Under the pieces are notes generated by a model. The model did no database searches. It was not told the DNA's origin and saw only the letters and a program-made list of their open reading frames with translations. Below are positions 41,708 through 51,952 of a DNA stretch of 64,000 nucleotides, piece by piece. The position numbers were made by a program, and so were the translations under genes. The DNA comes from Gemmatimonadaceae bacterium (GTDB lineage Bacteria > Gemmatimonadota > Gemmatimonadetes > Gemmatimonadales > Gemmatimonadaceae): the NCBI GenBank assembly GCA_040901985.1, contig JBBDYC010000019.1, forward strand, positions 111,770-175,769. The letters are read 5' to 3'. Each line of letters opens with the position of its first letter. The stretch's first letter is position 1.

Positions 41708-43260
41708 GGCGCGCCCTCAAACACCCAGTATGAGCGCCGCGACGCCATCCCGGCACGTTCGGCTTCCTGCCGCGTGTCGAAGGGCCCCAGCAGCACCCGC
41801 CAGACGGTGACCCCGTCGCGATTGCCGAGCACCACGCGTGCATTCCGGTTCGCGTACCGGATCGAATCGGCCAGCGAGCGGGCGCGGTCCTCGGAGAGCA
41901 GGGTCGCGAACGACACGGTCCACGTGCCCCGGGCGGTTGGCTCGGCGCGGCGGGCCACCTCGGGTGGGGGGGGGACCGGTGTCACGGGCGCACCGACCGG
42001 CTGGCGCGCCTGCGGCGCCTGCGGCGCCCGCGGCGTCGGCGGAATCGGCGTCGGTCGGGCGAGGGCCGAGATGTCGCCGTACCGCGCGGCCAGCAACGCG
42101 GCGAGCGCCGAGTCGGCGGCGACGGAATCGGCCACGAAGTCCTCGAACTCGACCGGTCGGTCGAGACCCGCGGCACGCGGCCGGAATCCGTTCCAGCGGA
42201 CCAGCGACCAGACGTCGGCGGCCCCACGAGGGTAGCGCAGGCGTTCGCGGCCGCTCTCTGCGTCCACGATCACGGCGTCGGGGCCATCCACGACGACGAG
42301 TCGCCCGTCCGGCGTCACCAGGGGCAGGTCATCGCGCCACACCGACAAAAGCGCGTTCACGACCCGGGACGTGCCGATGGACACGACGTATACCGAGTCC
42401 ACGCCGCGGGCCCGCACCAGGAGGTAGCGACCGTCGGGGTCCATCCGCAGCGCGGCGGCCGGGGAGGGCAGGCGAATCTCCCCGCGAATGCGCTCGGCGT
42501 AGCGGTCGAGGATCTGCAGCGACGCGCGGTCCGTGGCGAGGAACACGCGGTCGCCGCTCGGCGTCGTGACGAGCGCCACGACCGAATCGCGGAGGGGGAG
42601 CTCCAGGACGGGCACGAGGTCGCGGCTGCGCAGGGAGAGCAGGCCACTGTCGGTCACGAACCAGAGCCGGTCGCCGGCCATGGTCTGGACTGCGTGGCGC
42701 ACCGCCGGGATGGACACCGAATCCACAATCCGGGTCTCCGGGGGGATCATGCGCCGCGCGGTCGTGCCGCCGGGGAGGACCGTCAGCAGGATGAGACTGC
42801 CGTCCGGATTGGGGAGCAGCCGCGTCACGCCGGGCGGCGGCTGCCAGCTCCAGGTCGCCACCGGCGTCAGCCGGAGGACGCGGCCCTGCACGTCCAGCCC
42901 GAAGACCGCGGCGCCCTCGGCGACGACCTCGCCGCGCACGCGCTCCTCGCCGAGCATCTCCACGGAGCCGAGGCGGAGATGGACCGCGACGACGCGGCCG
43001 GCCTGGTCCTGGGCACTGACCAGTCCCTGGAAGTCATCGAACCCGATGATTGCGGCGATCGGCGGCGTGGCGTCGCGGGCGCGCCAGAGCAGGCTGTCGC
43101 TGCCGCTGCGGTAGGCGGTGGCATAGCCACCGCCGGCCGGCATCCGCACAAGCACGGCGTCGGCGCCGGTCCCGCCCGTGGCGGTGCCGACGGAACGCAT
43201 CGGGTTGCCGCACGCGACAGCGGCGGCGAGGCCGAGCAGGAGGATCCGGGTGAGGGGCAC
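41704..43260 (-). CDS. Lipoprotein with beta-propeller and C-terminal SPOR domain
   Basis: Lipobox AVAC; repeats TPSGDRVFL, DPDGRYLL, TPDGRLVV; WTVSFA...WRVLLGPFDTRQEA. Confidence 0.75.
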   Translation of the reverse strand: MPLTRILLLGLAAAVACGNPMRSVGTATGGTGADAVLVRMPAGGGYATAYRSGSDSLLWRARDATPPIAAIIGFDDFQGLVSAQDQAGRVVAVHLRLGSVEMLGEERVRGEVVAEGAAVFGLDVQGRVLRLTPVATWSWQPPPGVTRLLPNPDGSLILLTVLPGGTTARRMIPPETRIVDSVSIPAVRHAVQTMAGDRLWFVTDSGLLSLRSRDLVPVLELPLRDSVVALVTTPSGDRVFLATDRASLQILDRYAERIRGEIRLPSPAAALRMDPDGRYLLVRARGVDSVYVVSIGTSRVVNALLSVWRDDLPLVTPDGRLVVVDGPDAVIVDAESGRERLRYPRGAADVWSLVRWNGFRPRAAGLDRPVEFEDFVADSVAADSALAALLAARYGDISALARPTPIPPTPRAPQAPQARQPVGAPVTPVPPPPEVARRAEPTARGTWTVSFATLLSEDRARSLADSIRYANRNARVVLGNRDGVTVWRVLLGPFDTRQEAERAGMASRRSYWVFEGAP

Positions 43261-43286
43261 GGGCGAAAGTTAGCCGCGTGCCCGCC

Positions 43287-46200
43287 CTAGAACGACTGCC
43301 CGAGCGTCCAGATCCAATACCCCTTCTTCGAGAGGCCGTTCAGGGGGACGGCATAGTCCCAGCGCACAAGTGCGAGGTTGAAGAGGTTGAGTCGGATGCC
43401 GAATCCATAGCTGCGCAGCGGGAAGCGCTGGGTCGCGAAGTCGTAGTTCTCGGGGCGCCGGAGGCTGACGCTCTGGCCATCCGACCACGCCATGCCGAAG
43501 TCGTAGAAGACCAGTCCGTCCACCGGCGGGAGCGAGACCGGGAGCAAGCCGAGGTCGAAGCGTCGGACAAGCGGAAAGCGCAGCTCGAAGTTGGCGTACG
43601 CCACGCGGCTGCCGAGGAGTTGCGCCGCCGAGCAGAGCGTCGGGTCGGCGGCGGAGCTGCCGCAGTCGGTGGACGCGTACGTCTCGCGGTCGTAGCCGCG
43701 GACGAAGTCGGGGCGCCCGATGTACTTCGGGAAGGCGTCCTCGTCGGGCCCGACCGAGATGTTCGTCGCGACGCGCGTCGCCACGGTGAGCAGGCTGAAG
43801 ATCAGCGCATCGTAGCGGCGATAGTCCACCGAGACGGTCGTCCAGTTCACGTTGCCGGCGGTCTGCTCGACCTGCAGGCGGTACCGGCGTCCATAGATGC
43901 CGCCGGTGGCGCCCATCAGTGCGTTGTCCGACACATAGGCGGTGAACGGCGAGGCGTAGTTCAGCGACGCCTCGTTCTGCAGCGAGTCAATGACCCAGGG
44001 ACTGGAGGCACCGGAGTTCGCATCAATGGCGCGGCTGATGAACATCAGCGTGCGGTCAATGTTGTTGAACGAGGCCCCGTATTCGAACCGACTGAACCGG
44101 TTGAGCGGATACTGGCCAAGCGCGAACGCATTGCGGACGATGAAGCGGGAGATCGCCTGCGATTGGAGGAAGAGGCCGCCTCCGAAGTCCCGTTGGTCGA
44201 ACCCGGAGAGGAAGAAATACGGGGACTGCTGCACCCCGAGGGCGTACTGCATCCGGCTCCCGAGGTCCGCGTACATCACGAAGACCTGGGCCTCGCTGAG
44301 CCGCCCATTGATCCCGCCCGCCAGCGCCAGCCGGCGATTGCCGACCATATCGGAGAGGATGATCGCGGTGCCACCATAGACGCCGCGCCCGTAGTTGTCC
44401 TGCGCGTATCCGACCTGCGGGCGCGCCACGTACTCGGGGCGAAGCTCGGCCCGGTAGCGCTCGGTCGTGAACGTCAACGGATCGGGCAGGGCGAGCGACG
44501 CACTGTCGAGCAGCGCCGCCACCGATACGGTCGGGCCGTTCGCCGCCGGAAGCGCGGCCCCCGGCCGCCACCCGGTCGCGCCTCGGTACTCCGAGCGTCG
44601 GCGGCCCGTCCGCTGGGCGTACGCCCGCGCCGTCGTCAGGCTGTCGGACTGCGCCCGGGCGATCGCGTTGATCTGGGTGATCGCCGCCGCGCGCGCGGCG
44701 CCCACGGTGTCCGCGGCGGGCACCGCGGCGGCCACCACCGGCGCGCGTTCGGGCGCCTGGTACGGCGCCTTCTTCAGCGACCGCGGATCCACGATGCTCC
44801 AAATGGAGTAGTCGCCGTCGTCGTGGTAGGTGAAGGCGAGTTTGTCGGCTTGCCGCGCCCAGGTGATTGCCGGGCTGTGCTCGGTCACCGAGAGGATGCC
44901 GCCGAGGAACCGTGTCAGCTGGTAGTGCTCGGCCGCCTCCCGCTCGTAGAGGAAGATCTGCGGGATTCCCGTGCGGTCGGAGATGAAGGCGAGGGACGTG
45001 CCGTCCGGCGCCCACATCGGATTGAGATTCTTGCCGGCCTGTCCCGGCACGAGCATCTCCTCGCCTGTCTCGAGGTCGTACAGGCTGATGCGCCACTCGC
45101 CGAAGCGGAGCTCCCGAAGGTCCGACTGCGGGCCGCGCTCGGTCGCGAACGCGATGTAGCGCCCGTCCGGCGACCACTGCGGCTGGAGGTCGCCGAAGAC
45201 GTCGTCGGTCAGCCGCTGGAGGTTCTGGCCGTCGGCGTCCACGATGTACAGGTCGGAGGTTCCCTGCTGCTGACCGCTGAAGACGAGCCGGCGCCCATCG
45301 GGGGACCAGGACGGGCTCAGCATCGTCTGCAGCGGCACGTCAATCCAGTGCGACACGCGCTTGCGCCGCAGGTCGTAGATGTAGAGGACGTCCTTCCCCT
45401 GCCGCTGGGCGGTGAAGGCGAAGAGGCGCCCGTCCGGCGAGAAGGCGCCCTGCGAGTACCCGAACCGCAACTCCTCGAACTCGGGGTCGAGGGTGCTCTT
45501 GGTCAGCCGGGCGATGCGCTTGCCGGTGGTGGCGTCGGCGAGGTAAAGGTCGAGGAAGACCTCGGCCCGGAAGAGACTGCCCATCGAGATGAAGGCGATC
45601 TGCCGGCCGTCCGGCGACAGGGCGGGGGAGACATAGACGGGGATCAGTCCGCCGGTGCGACGCTCGTTCAGGAGGGGATTGGCGACGCGCCGCGGCCGCT
45701 CGAGGTCGGCGACCTGCGGGAGGAACCGCAACTGCACGTCCTCCTTCCATTCGTCACCGAGGTCCTCGATGTCGAGTCCGGTATACCGGCGGAACGCGCG
45801 CTCCACCCCGAGCGACGTTGACGCGCCCATGATCTCGCCGATGATCTCGTCGCCCCAGCGCTTGGCGACGTAGATCCAGAACGAATGGCCGAATCGGTAG
45901 GGAAAGAAGAGGTCCGGCCGCTGCGTCATCTGCCGGACCGACGGGATGTTCCCGTTGACGGCGGCGTCCCGCATCACGGCATCGGTGTACGCGTGCACCG
46001 GGCCGATCGAGAGGTACTCGGCCATGCCCTCGATGAACCAGAGCGGCGGCGCGATTTGCGAGAGCTGCTGCAGGCCGCTGCCGGCACGTCCCTTCGCGAA
46101 GATGTCGTACTGGAACACGTGCACCATCTCGTGCGCCAGCACCTGCTCGGACTGCCCGAGGTCGTTCGTGAAGAAGAACATGTTGCGTTGCCGGAGCGCG

Positions 46201-46547
46201 TCGGTCACGCCGCCCGTACCCTCGCCCGGATCGCCGATGACGTTGTTCTGCGCGAAGTCGTTGCGCGACCCGTAGATGATGATCGGCTTTCGCTCGCGGA
46301 ATTCGTGGTTGAACACCTGACGCAGCCGTGCGTACGTGCGCTCCGCCATTTGTCCGGTGTACTCCGCGACCTGGCTGAGCTCGGGATAGTAGTGGACGTC
46401 GAAGTGCTCGGTCCGCAGCACCTGCCAGCGAAACTTGCGGTACTGGACCTGATTCTGTCCGAAGTAGCTGCCCTGCGCGCCGAGCGGGGCTGCGGCGCCG
46501 GCGGCGGCAAGGAGGAGCAGGGACGCGACGACGGAACGGGTTCGCAT
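43287..46547 (-). CDS. Omp85/BamA-family outer membrane protein with N-terminal Zn-peptidase-like domain and PD40 propeller
   Basis: FGQNQVQY, HEMVH...WFIEGMAEY, several (W)SPDG repeats, VRGY loop, ELRFPL, terminal GQSF. Confidence 0.88.
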   Translation of the reverse strand: MRTRSVVASLLLLAAAGAAAPLGAQGSYFGQNQVQYRKFRWQVLRTEHFDVHYYPELSQVAEYTGQMAERTYARLRQVFNHEFRERKPIIIYGSRNDFAQNNVIGDPGEGTGGVTDALRQRNMFFFTNDLGQSEQVLAHEMVHVFQYDIFAKGRAGSGLQQLSQIAPPLWFIEGMAEYLSIGPVHAYTDAVMRDAAVNGNIPSVRQMTQRPDLFFPYRFGHSFWIYVAKRWGDEIIGEIMGASTSLGVERAFRRYTGLDIEDLGDEWKEDVQLRFLPQVADLERPRRVANPLLNERRTGGLIPVYVSPALSPDGRQIAFISMGSLFRAEVFLDLYLADATTGKRIARLTKSTLDPEFEELRFGYSQGAFSPDGRLFAFTAQRQGKDVLYIYDLRRKRVSHWIDVPLQTMLSPSWSPDGRRLVFSGQQQGTSDLYIVDADGQNLQRLTDDVFGDLQPQWSPDGRYIAFATERGPQSDLRELRFGEWRISLYDLETGEEMLVPGQAGKNLNPMWAPDGTSLAFISDRTGIPQIFLYEREAAEHYQLTRFLGGILSVTEHSPAITWARQADKLAFTYHDDGDYSIWSIVDPRSLKKAPYQAPERAPVVAAAVPAADTVGAARAAAITQINAIARAQSDSLTTARAYAQRTGRRRSEYRGATGWRPGAALPAANGPTVSVAALLDSASLALPDPLTFTTERYRAELRPEYVARPQVGYAQDNYGRGVYGGTAIILSDMVGNRRLALAGGINGRLSEAQVFVMYADLGSRMQYALGVQQSPYFFLSGFDQRDFGGGLFLQSQAISRFIVRNAFALGQYPLNRFSRFEYGASFNNIDRTLMFISRAIDANSGASSPWVIDSLQNEASLNYASPFTAYVSDNALMGATGGIYGRRYRLQVEQTAGNVNWTTVSVDYRRYDALIFSLLTVATRVATNISVGPDEDAFPKYIGRPDFVRGYDRETYASTDCGSSAADPTLCSAAQLLGSRVAYANFELRFPLVRRFDLGLLPVSLPPVDGLVFYDFGMAWSDGQSVSLRRPENYDFATQRFPLRSYGFGIRLNLFNLALVRWDYAVPLNGLSKKGYWIWTLGQSF

Positions 46548-46556
46548 TGGAGATCC

Positions 46557-46916
46557 CTACGCGGAGAGGGCCACGGCCGGGGCATCGCCCCACAACCGTT
46601 CGAGCTGGTAATACGCGCGCAGCGTCGGATGGAACACGTGGACCACGAAGTCCACGTAGTCGAGTAGCACCCATCGCCCCTGCTCGAATCCCTCGACCGA
46701 CTCGACCCCAATCCCCTCGCGCTTGAGCGTCTCCACCACGTGGCCGGCGGTGGCGCGCACGTGCGTATCGGAGGTCCCGCTCGCGACGATGAAGAAATCC
46801 GTCATGTCCGACACCGGCCGGAGGTCGAGGACGACGACATCGGTCGCCTTGTTGTCCACGAGGACGGCGGCGGCGCGTCGGGCAGCGGTCAGGCTGTCAG
46901 CAGGGTTGGCGACCAT
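46557..46916 (-). CDS. rsfS: Ribosome silencing factor
   Basis: KATDVVVLDL, DFFIVASG, WVLLDYVDFVVHVF, YYQLERLWGDA. Confidence 0.95.
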   Translation of the reverse strand: MVANPADSLTAARRAAAVLVDNKATDVVVLDLRPVSDMTDFFIVASGTSDTHVRATAGHVVETLKREGIGVESVEGFEQGRWVLLDYVDFVVHVFHPTLRAYYQLERLWGDAPAVALSA

Positions 46917-47048
46917 CGCGTGGGCGGGAGACGGAGGATAAGGGAGCGAACCCAGTGGGTCTTGAAAGGTTCCCGGGCGTCGAGGGCGGGGCAAGGGCGC
47001 GCACCCGTACTACCTCGGGAGGACGGCGGAACCGCACGAATGTGAAGA

Positions 47049-47078
47049 GGGGCAGGCCGCGCACGCACGGCCTGCCCC
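47049..47078 (-). terminator. Probable intrinsic terminator after rplI
   Basis: 11-bp stem GGGGCAGGCCG/CGGCCTGCCCC followed by TCTTCACATT on the minus strand. Confidence 0.65.
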
Positions 47079-47116
47079 CGCGATGCGCACGCGACGCCCG
47101 ATCGCGACGCGCGCCC

Positions 47117-47563
47117 TCACCCCTTGATGACCCAGACCTTGATTTCCGGCCTGACGTCGGCGTGGAGGCGGATCGCCACCTTGTAGACGCCGAGCGCCTT
47201 GATCGGTTCGTGCAGGTCAATCATTCGCTTTTCCACCTCGGCGAACCCCTGCGCCTCGAGCTGGTGGGCGATGTCGGCGGTCGTGACCGAGCCGAAGAGC
47301 TTGCCCTCCTCCCCGACCTTGGCCGAGAAGGTGAGCGAGACCTCCTCGAGGCGCGCGGCAATCGTCGACGCGGCGTCACGCCGCGCGTTCTCGGCCGCCT
47401 CGAGCCGCCCCTTCTCCTGCGCAATGCGCTTCTTGTTGCCCGCGGTCGCCTCGTAGGCGATCCCACGCGGCAACAGGAAGTTGCGGGCATAGCCGGCCGA
47501 GACATCCACGATGTCGCCGGGGTGCCCGAGATTGTCCACCGCCTGCCGAAGGATGACTTCCAT
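47117..47563 (-). CDS. rplI: 50S ribosomal protein L9
   Basis: MEVIL, GYARNFLLPRG, GKLFGSVT, PIKALG. Confidence 0.97.
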   Translation of the reverse strand: MEVILRQAVDNLGHPGDIVDVSAGYARNFLLPRGIAYEATAGNKKRIAQEKGRLEAAENARRDAASTIAARLEEVSLTFSAKVGEEGKLFGSVTTADIAHQLEAQGFAEVEKRMIDLHEPIKALGVYKVAIRLHADVRPEIKVWVIKG

Positions 47564-47566
47564 GGG

Positions 47567-48595
47567 TTACTCCGAACGTTGGGATTTCGGCCGCGGTCGG
47601 CGGCGCCAGTCGAGCCACGTGTCGCCGAGTCCGATCCCGACGGCCACCAGTCCGACGATCTGTGAGAACAGGACGACGACGATGGTGAGGAGCACCATCA
47701 TCCATCGGCCCGGTGAAAGGTACCAGAGAATGACGCCGAGGCCACGCAGCGCGTAGAGGACGCCGAAAAACACCAGCAGATTCACGCCAAGCGCCCGGAC
47801 CACGCCGGGCACCGGCACGACCAACGCCAGCAGCCCGACGATGAAGCCCCAGACGAGCGCATCGTTGAACCGCAGGTCCCGCAACGACGCGAGCGGCGGA
47901 CCGAGCCGCACGCGTCCGAACCGGTGGTAGATGGCCCAGGCGAAGGCCAGTACCGCCAACGATTCGACCGCCAGCATCGCCGGAGCGATCCGTCGCGCCG
48001 TGGCCGGCCAGAGCGCAAACTGCCGCTCCACCTCCTCGGCGAGCTTCCCGGCGTCCGGGTTCTCCCGCACCAGGTCCTGCCACTGCGGCCGGTTCACGAA
48101 CTCCCGCCACGCCGCCTGCGCGATCTCCGACCGCCGGCTCACTTCCTCGGCGATGACCCCGCCGACCTCGGCGAACCCCGTCCCCGTGACGAGCAGGGCC
48201 AGCGCGCCGACGGCGAACGCGATCACCAACGCCAACAGGGCCCGCGGAAGGAACCGCTCCCCGATGCCGGCCAGGAGCACGCCGCCGAAACTCGCCGCCA
48301 GCAGGACGCCCCAGCCGCTCGAGAGCATGGCATACGTCCCCGAGCTTGCCGGGACCCACACCACCCAGAGCGCGAAGAGCGTCCAGAGCAGCGCCAGCGG
48401 AAGTCGCCCCCCGGCCCGCCAACCGACGATGGCGCAGACCGCGAGCGCCGGTGCCACGACCACGACGGTCTGCGCCACTGGCAGCATGATCCCCAACGGA
48501 GGCATCGCCGGGAGGATCAGCAGCAGGAGTCCGGCAGCGAGCGGTCCCCACCAGCCCTGCTCACGCGGTGGCGCCGCGTTCGCCTCCGTTGTCAC
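47567..48595 (-). CDS. DUF2232/YybS-like membrane protein
   Basis: Multi-TM; C-terminal GLGDTWLDWR; position between rpsR and rplI. Confidence 0.8.
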   Translation of the reverse strand: MTTEANAAPPREQGWWGPLAAGLLLLILPAMPPLGIMLPVAQTVVVVAPALAVCAIVGWRAGGRLPLALLWTLFALWVVWVPASSGTYAMLSSGWGVLLAASFGGVLLAGIGERFLPRALLALVIAFAVGALALLVTGTGFAEVGGVIAEEVSRRSEIAQAAWREFVNRPQWQDLVRENPDAGKLAEEVERQFALWPATARRIAPAMLAVESLAVLAFAWAIYHRFGRVRLGPPLASLRDLRFNDALVWGFIVGLLALVVPVPGVVRALGVNLLVFFGVLYALRGLGVILWYLSPGRWMMVLLTIVVVLFSQIVGLVAVGIGLGDTWLDWRRRPRPKSQRSE

Positions 48596-48607
48596 GACGG
48601 TGCGGCG

Positions 48608-48832
48608 TTACTGCGCCGTCTGACTGCGCCCGTACGGCAGGAGGGCCAGGTAGCGCGCCTTCTTGATGGCCTTCGCCAGCTGCCGCTGGTGACGTGAGTC
48701 CACGCCGCTGAGCCGGCTCGGGAGGATCTTCCCGGTGTCGGTGACGAAGCGCGAGAGGAAGCGCTCGTCCTTGTAGTCGATGTAGCGGATCCCGGCCTCG
48801 GTGACCGGGCAGGTCTTCTTGGGTCGGCGCAT
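48608..48832 (-). CDS. rpsR: 30S ribosomal protein S18
   Basis: [31 protein letters not shown]. Confidence 0.97.
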   Translation of the reverse strand: MRRPKKTCPVTEAGIRYIDYKDERFLSRFVTDTGKILPSRLSGVDSRHQRQLAKAIKKARYLALLPYGRSQTAQ

Positions 48833-48834
48833 GG

Positions 48835-49200
48835 CTATTCCTCGTCGTCGTCGTCGTCGCCGTCACGCGCGCGGCGCGCGGCGAGTTGCTCTTCGGTCAT
48901 CGGCGGCGCGCCGAGCTCGTGCTCGTGCACCGAGATGAGATAGCGGATCACGTGCTCGTCGAGCCTGAGCGAGCGCTCGAACTCCGGCAGCGCCTTGCCC
49001 TCGGCCTGGAAGCGCGCGACCACGTAGTAGCCGGCCTCTTTGTTGCCGATCTTGTAGGCGAGTTGGCGGCGTCCCCAATGGTCGAGCGTGATGGGGTCCT
49101 TGGTGCCGAGAAGGGCGTGATGCTTGTCGAGCCTCTCGGCGATGGCGGCGTCTTCGAGCGACGAATCGAAGATGTACACCGCCTCGTATTCACGAGACAA
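48835..49200 (-). CDS. rpsF: 30S ribosomal protein S6
   Basis: [27 protein letters not shown]. Confidence 0.96.
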   Translation of the reverse strand: MSREYEAVYIFDSSLEDAAIAERLDKHHALLGTKDPITLDHWGRRQLAYKIGNKEAGYYVVARFQAEGKALPEFERSLRLDEHVIRYLISVHEHELGAPPMTEEQLAARRARDGDDDDDEE

Positions 49201-49204
49201 TGCG

Positions 49205-49262
49205 GCAATCCTCCCTTTGGTCGTGAACGCCCCCCGCGGGTTGCCGACGCAGGAGGAGAGTG
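49205..49262 (-). promoter_or_regulatory. Probable S6:S18 autoregulatory leader RNA
   Basis: Minus strand CTCTCCTCCTGC...CCC...GACCAAAGGGAGG: an anti-SD-like segment able to pair with the rpsF SD, as in known S6:S18 leaders. Confidence 0.55.
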
Positions 49263-49316
49263 CGCGTGGGCCGACGGGAGTCGGACACTTTGAACGCGCG
49301 GTGGTGACAACCCCTA

Positions 49317-49345
49317 AACGTAGGCGGGTCGGCGACTTGGGTCAA
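49317..49345 (-). promoter_or_regulatory. Sigma-70-type promoter for the rpsF operon
   Basis: TTGACC-17 nt-TACGTT. Confidence 0.6.
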
Positions 49346-49348
49346 CCC

Positions 49349-50203
49349 TCACGGTTGGAGTCCAAGGCGGCGGGCGGTCTGCTCGGCGGCGATGTAGCCA
49401 AAGCTCGCCGCCGGCCCGAGCGCGAGTACCTCGCGCAGCTTCAGTTCCGCGGCGGCGCCGTGCCCGCGCGCCAGGTACCAGTGCGCCACGCCGTTCCCCA
49501 CCGTCTGTCGCTCGAGAGCCGTGGCGTCGTCGGCGAGGAGTGCCGAGTCGGGAACCGTTCCCTTCATCCACAGCAGCAGGCGGTGGTACGAATGGTTCTC
49601 GAGGATGTCCCAGTCGGCCTGAATCGGTGCGAGGGCCGCGTACACCGCGTCCCACTGGTGCAGCTGGGCGAGGGAGAGCACCCACCAATAGGTCGCGGCG
49701 ACCCGATGGTCGAGGTTGGGCGCGAGCTTGGCGTCCTCGTCCCACGCCACCACCGCCTGCGGGAAGTCGCCGGTGACGAAGTAGGCGAGCGCGAGGTGGT
49801 AGCGGATGTTGGAATGGAGCGTGCTCGTCGGGATCCCGCGCGCGTTGGGCTGGCCGTCGGGCTCGACCTCGTCTGGGCGGCCGGTCACCAGCGCGCGCGC
49901 GCGGGTCAGGTCGGCGATCGCCGCCGGAAAGTCCCGGAGCGAGAGGTAGCGGTGGCCGCGATGGCGAAGGAGGCGCGGCTCGTTCGGGTGGAGCCGCAGC
50001 CCCTCGGTGTAGATCGCGACCGCGTCGTCGAACGCCCCGGTGTAGCCGACGCGCCGTCCGTACCAGATGATCGAATCGACGTTCTCGGGGTGCCGCTCCC
50101 AGGCCGCGCGCGCAGTGGCGAGGGCGTCGGGGGGCTGGGCCGGCACTGCACCGGGCACGGTCAGCGCCAGGAGCACCACGGATGCGACGAGGGCACGGGT
50201 CAC
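49349..50203 (-). CDS. Exported TPR-repeat protein
   Basis: Signal peptide; TPR-like AVAIYTEGLRLHP, AAIADLTRA, YHLALAYFVTGDF. Confidence 0.78.
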   Translation of the reverse strand: MTRALVASVVLLALTVPGAVPAQPPDALATARAAWERHPENVDSIIWYGRRVGYTGAFDDAVAIYTEGLRLHPNEPRLLRHRGHRYLSLRDFPAAIADLTRARALVTGRPDEVEPDGQPNARGIPTSTLHSNIRYHLALAYFVTGDFPQAVVAWDEDAKLAPNLDHRVAATYWWVLSLAQLHQWDAVYAALAPIQADWDILENHSYHRLLLWMKGTVPDSALLADDATALERQTVGNGVAHWYLARGHGAAAELKLREVLALGPAASFGYIAAEQTARRLGLQP

Positions 50204-50246
50204 GCGAATCCCTCCGAATGAAGTCTCATTGCTCCCATCTCCCTGC

Positions 50247-51347
<1,101 letters not shown>

Positions 51348-51354
51348 CAGTTCT

Positions 51355-51394
51355 TCAGGTGTCAGGTATCAGGTATCAGGTGTCAGGTATCAGG
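51355..51394 (+). repeat. Tandem heptamer array (TCAGGTR)x5 + TCAGG
   Basis: tcaggtg tcaggta tcaggta tcaggtg tcaggta tcagg. Confidence 0.97.
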
Positions 51395-51463
51395 AACAAC
51401 GAAAGGTAGTGGGGGGTGGTGCAACGATGACGGTGCGGTGACGGCGTAGGCTGAGCTTGTGGC

Positions 51464-51916
51464 GTGTACCCGTTCCGTCGCCTCGCCGTCTGGGAGAAGG
51501 CGCATGCCCTGACGCTCCGGTGCTTCCAAGTCACCGAATCGGTCACTGGGAGGCGCTTTCCTGGCCTTGTCGCTCAGTTCCGACGTGCGGTGGCGAGCAT
51601 TCCCGCGAACATCGCGGAAGGGGCCGGACATTCGACCGATCCGCAATTCAATCGCTTTCTCGAGATCGCGATCGCGTCGTCGCTGGAAGCTGACTATCAC
51701 CTCCTGCTCGCGCGCGACCTCGGGGTCATCTCAGGCAAGGACTATGCGCAACTCGAGGCCCGCCTCTCCGAGGTACGTCAGATGCTGACAGGACTGCGGA
51801 AACGCGTGCTGGAGCGAATGCGACTAGCAGGCACGAGACGCGAAGGTGAACGACCAACGCGTGCAAGACGCACGGAAGCAGTAGGAGCGGAAAGAGCGGA
51901 GCGGAGCGAGATGTGA
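51464..51916 (+). CDS. Four helix bundle protein (23S rRNA IVP / bAvd-like family)
   Basis: FRRLAVWEKAH, GLVAQFRRAVASIPANIAEG, FNRFLEIAIASSLEADYHLLLARDLG. Confidence 0.93.
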   Translation: MYPFRRLAVWEKAHALTLRCFQVTESVTGRRFPGLVAQFRRAVASIPANIAEGAGHSTDPQFNRFLEIAIASSLEADYHLLLARDLGVISGKDYAQLEARLSEVRQMLTGLRKRVLERMRLAGTRREGERPTRARRTEAVGAERAERSEM

Positions 51917-51925
51917 AAGGTGAAA

Positions 51926-51952
51926 GGGGGGAGGCCGTACCGGCCTCCCCCC
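51926..51952 (-). terminator. 12-bp GC hairpin, terminator-like for the hppA transcript
   Basis: GGGGGGAGGCCG-TAC-CGGCCTCCCCCC, followed on the minus strand by TTTCACCTTTCAC. Confidence 0.65.

Noticed and set aside
43278..45821. Long antisense ORFs (847 aa here; also 37641-39887, 25648-27792, 52123-54072, 61060-63108)
   Set aside because: Shadow ORFs opposite well-supported genes, expected from stop-codon scarcity at high GC; no recognisable motifs.
46917..47116. Possible ncRNA in the 200-bp rplI-rsfS gap
   Set aside because: Only a terminator-like hairpin is recognisable; no family motif that I can support.
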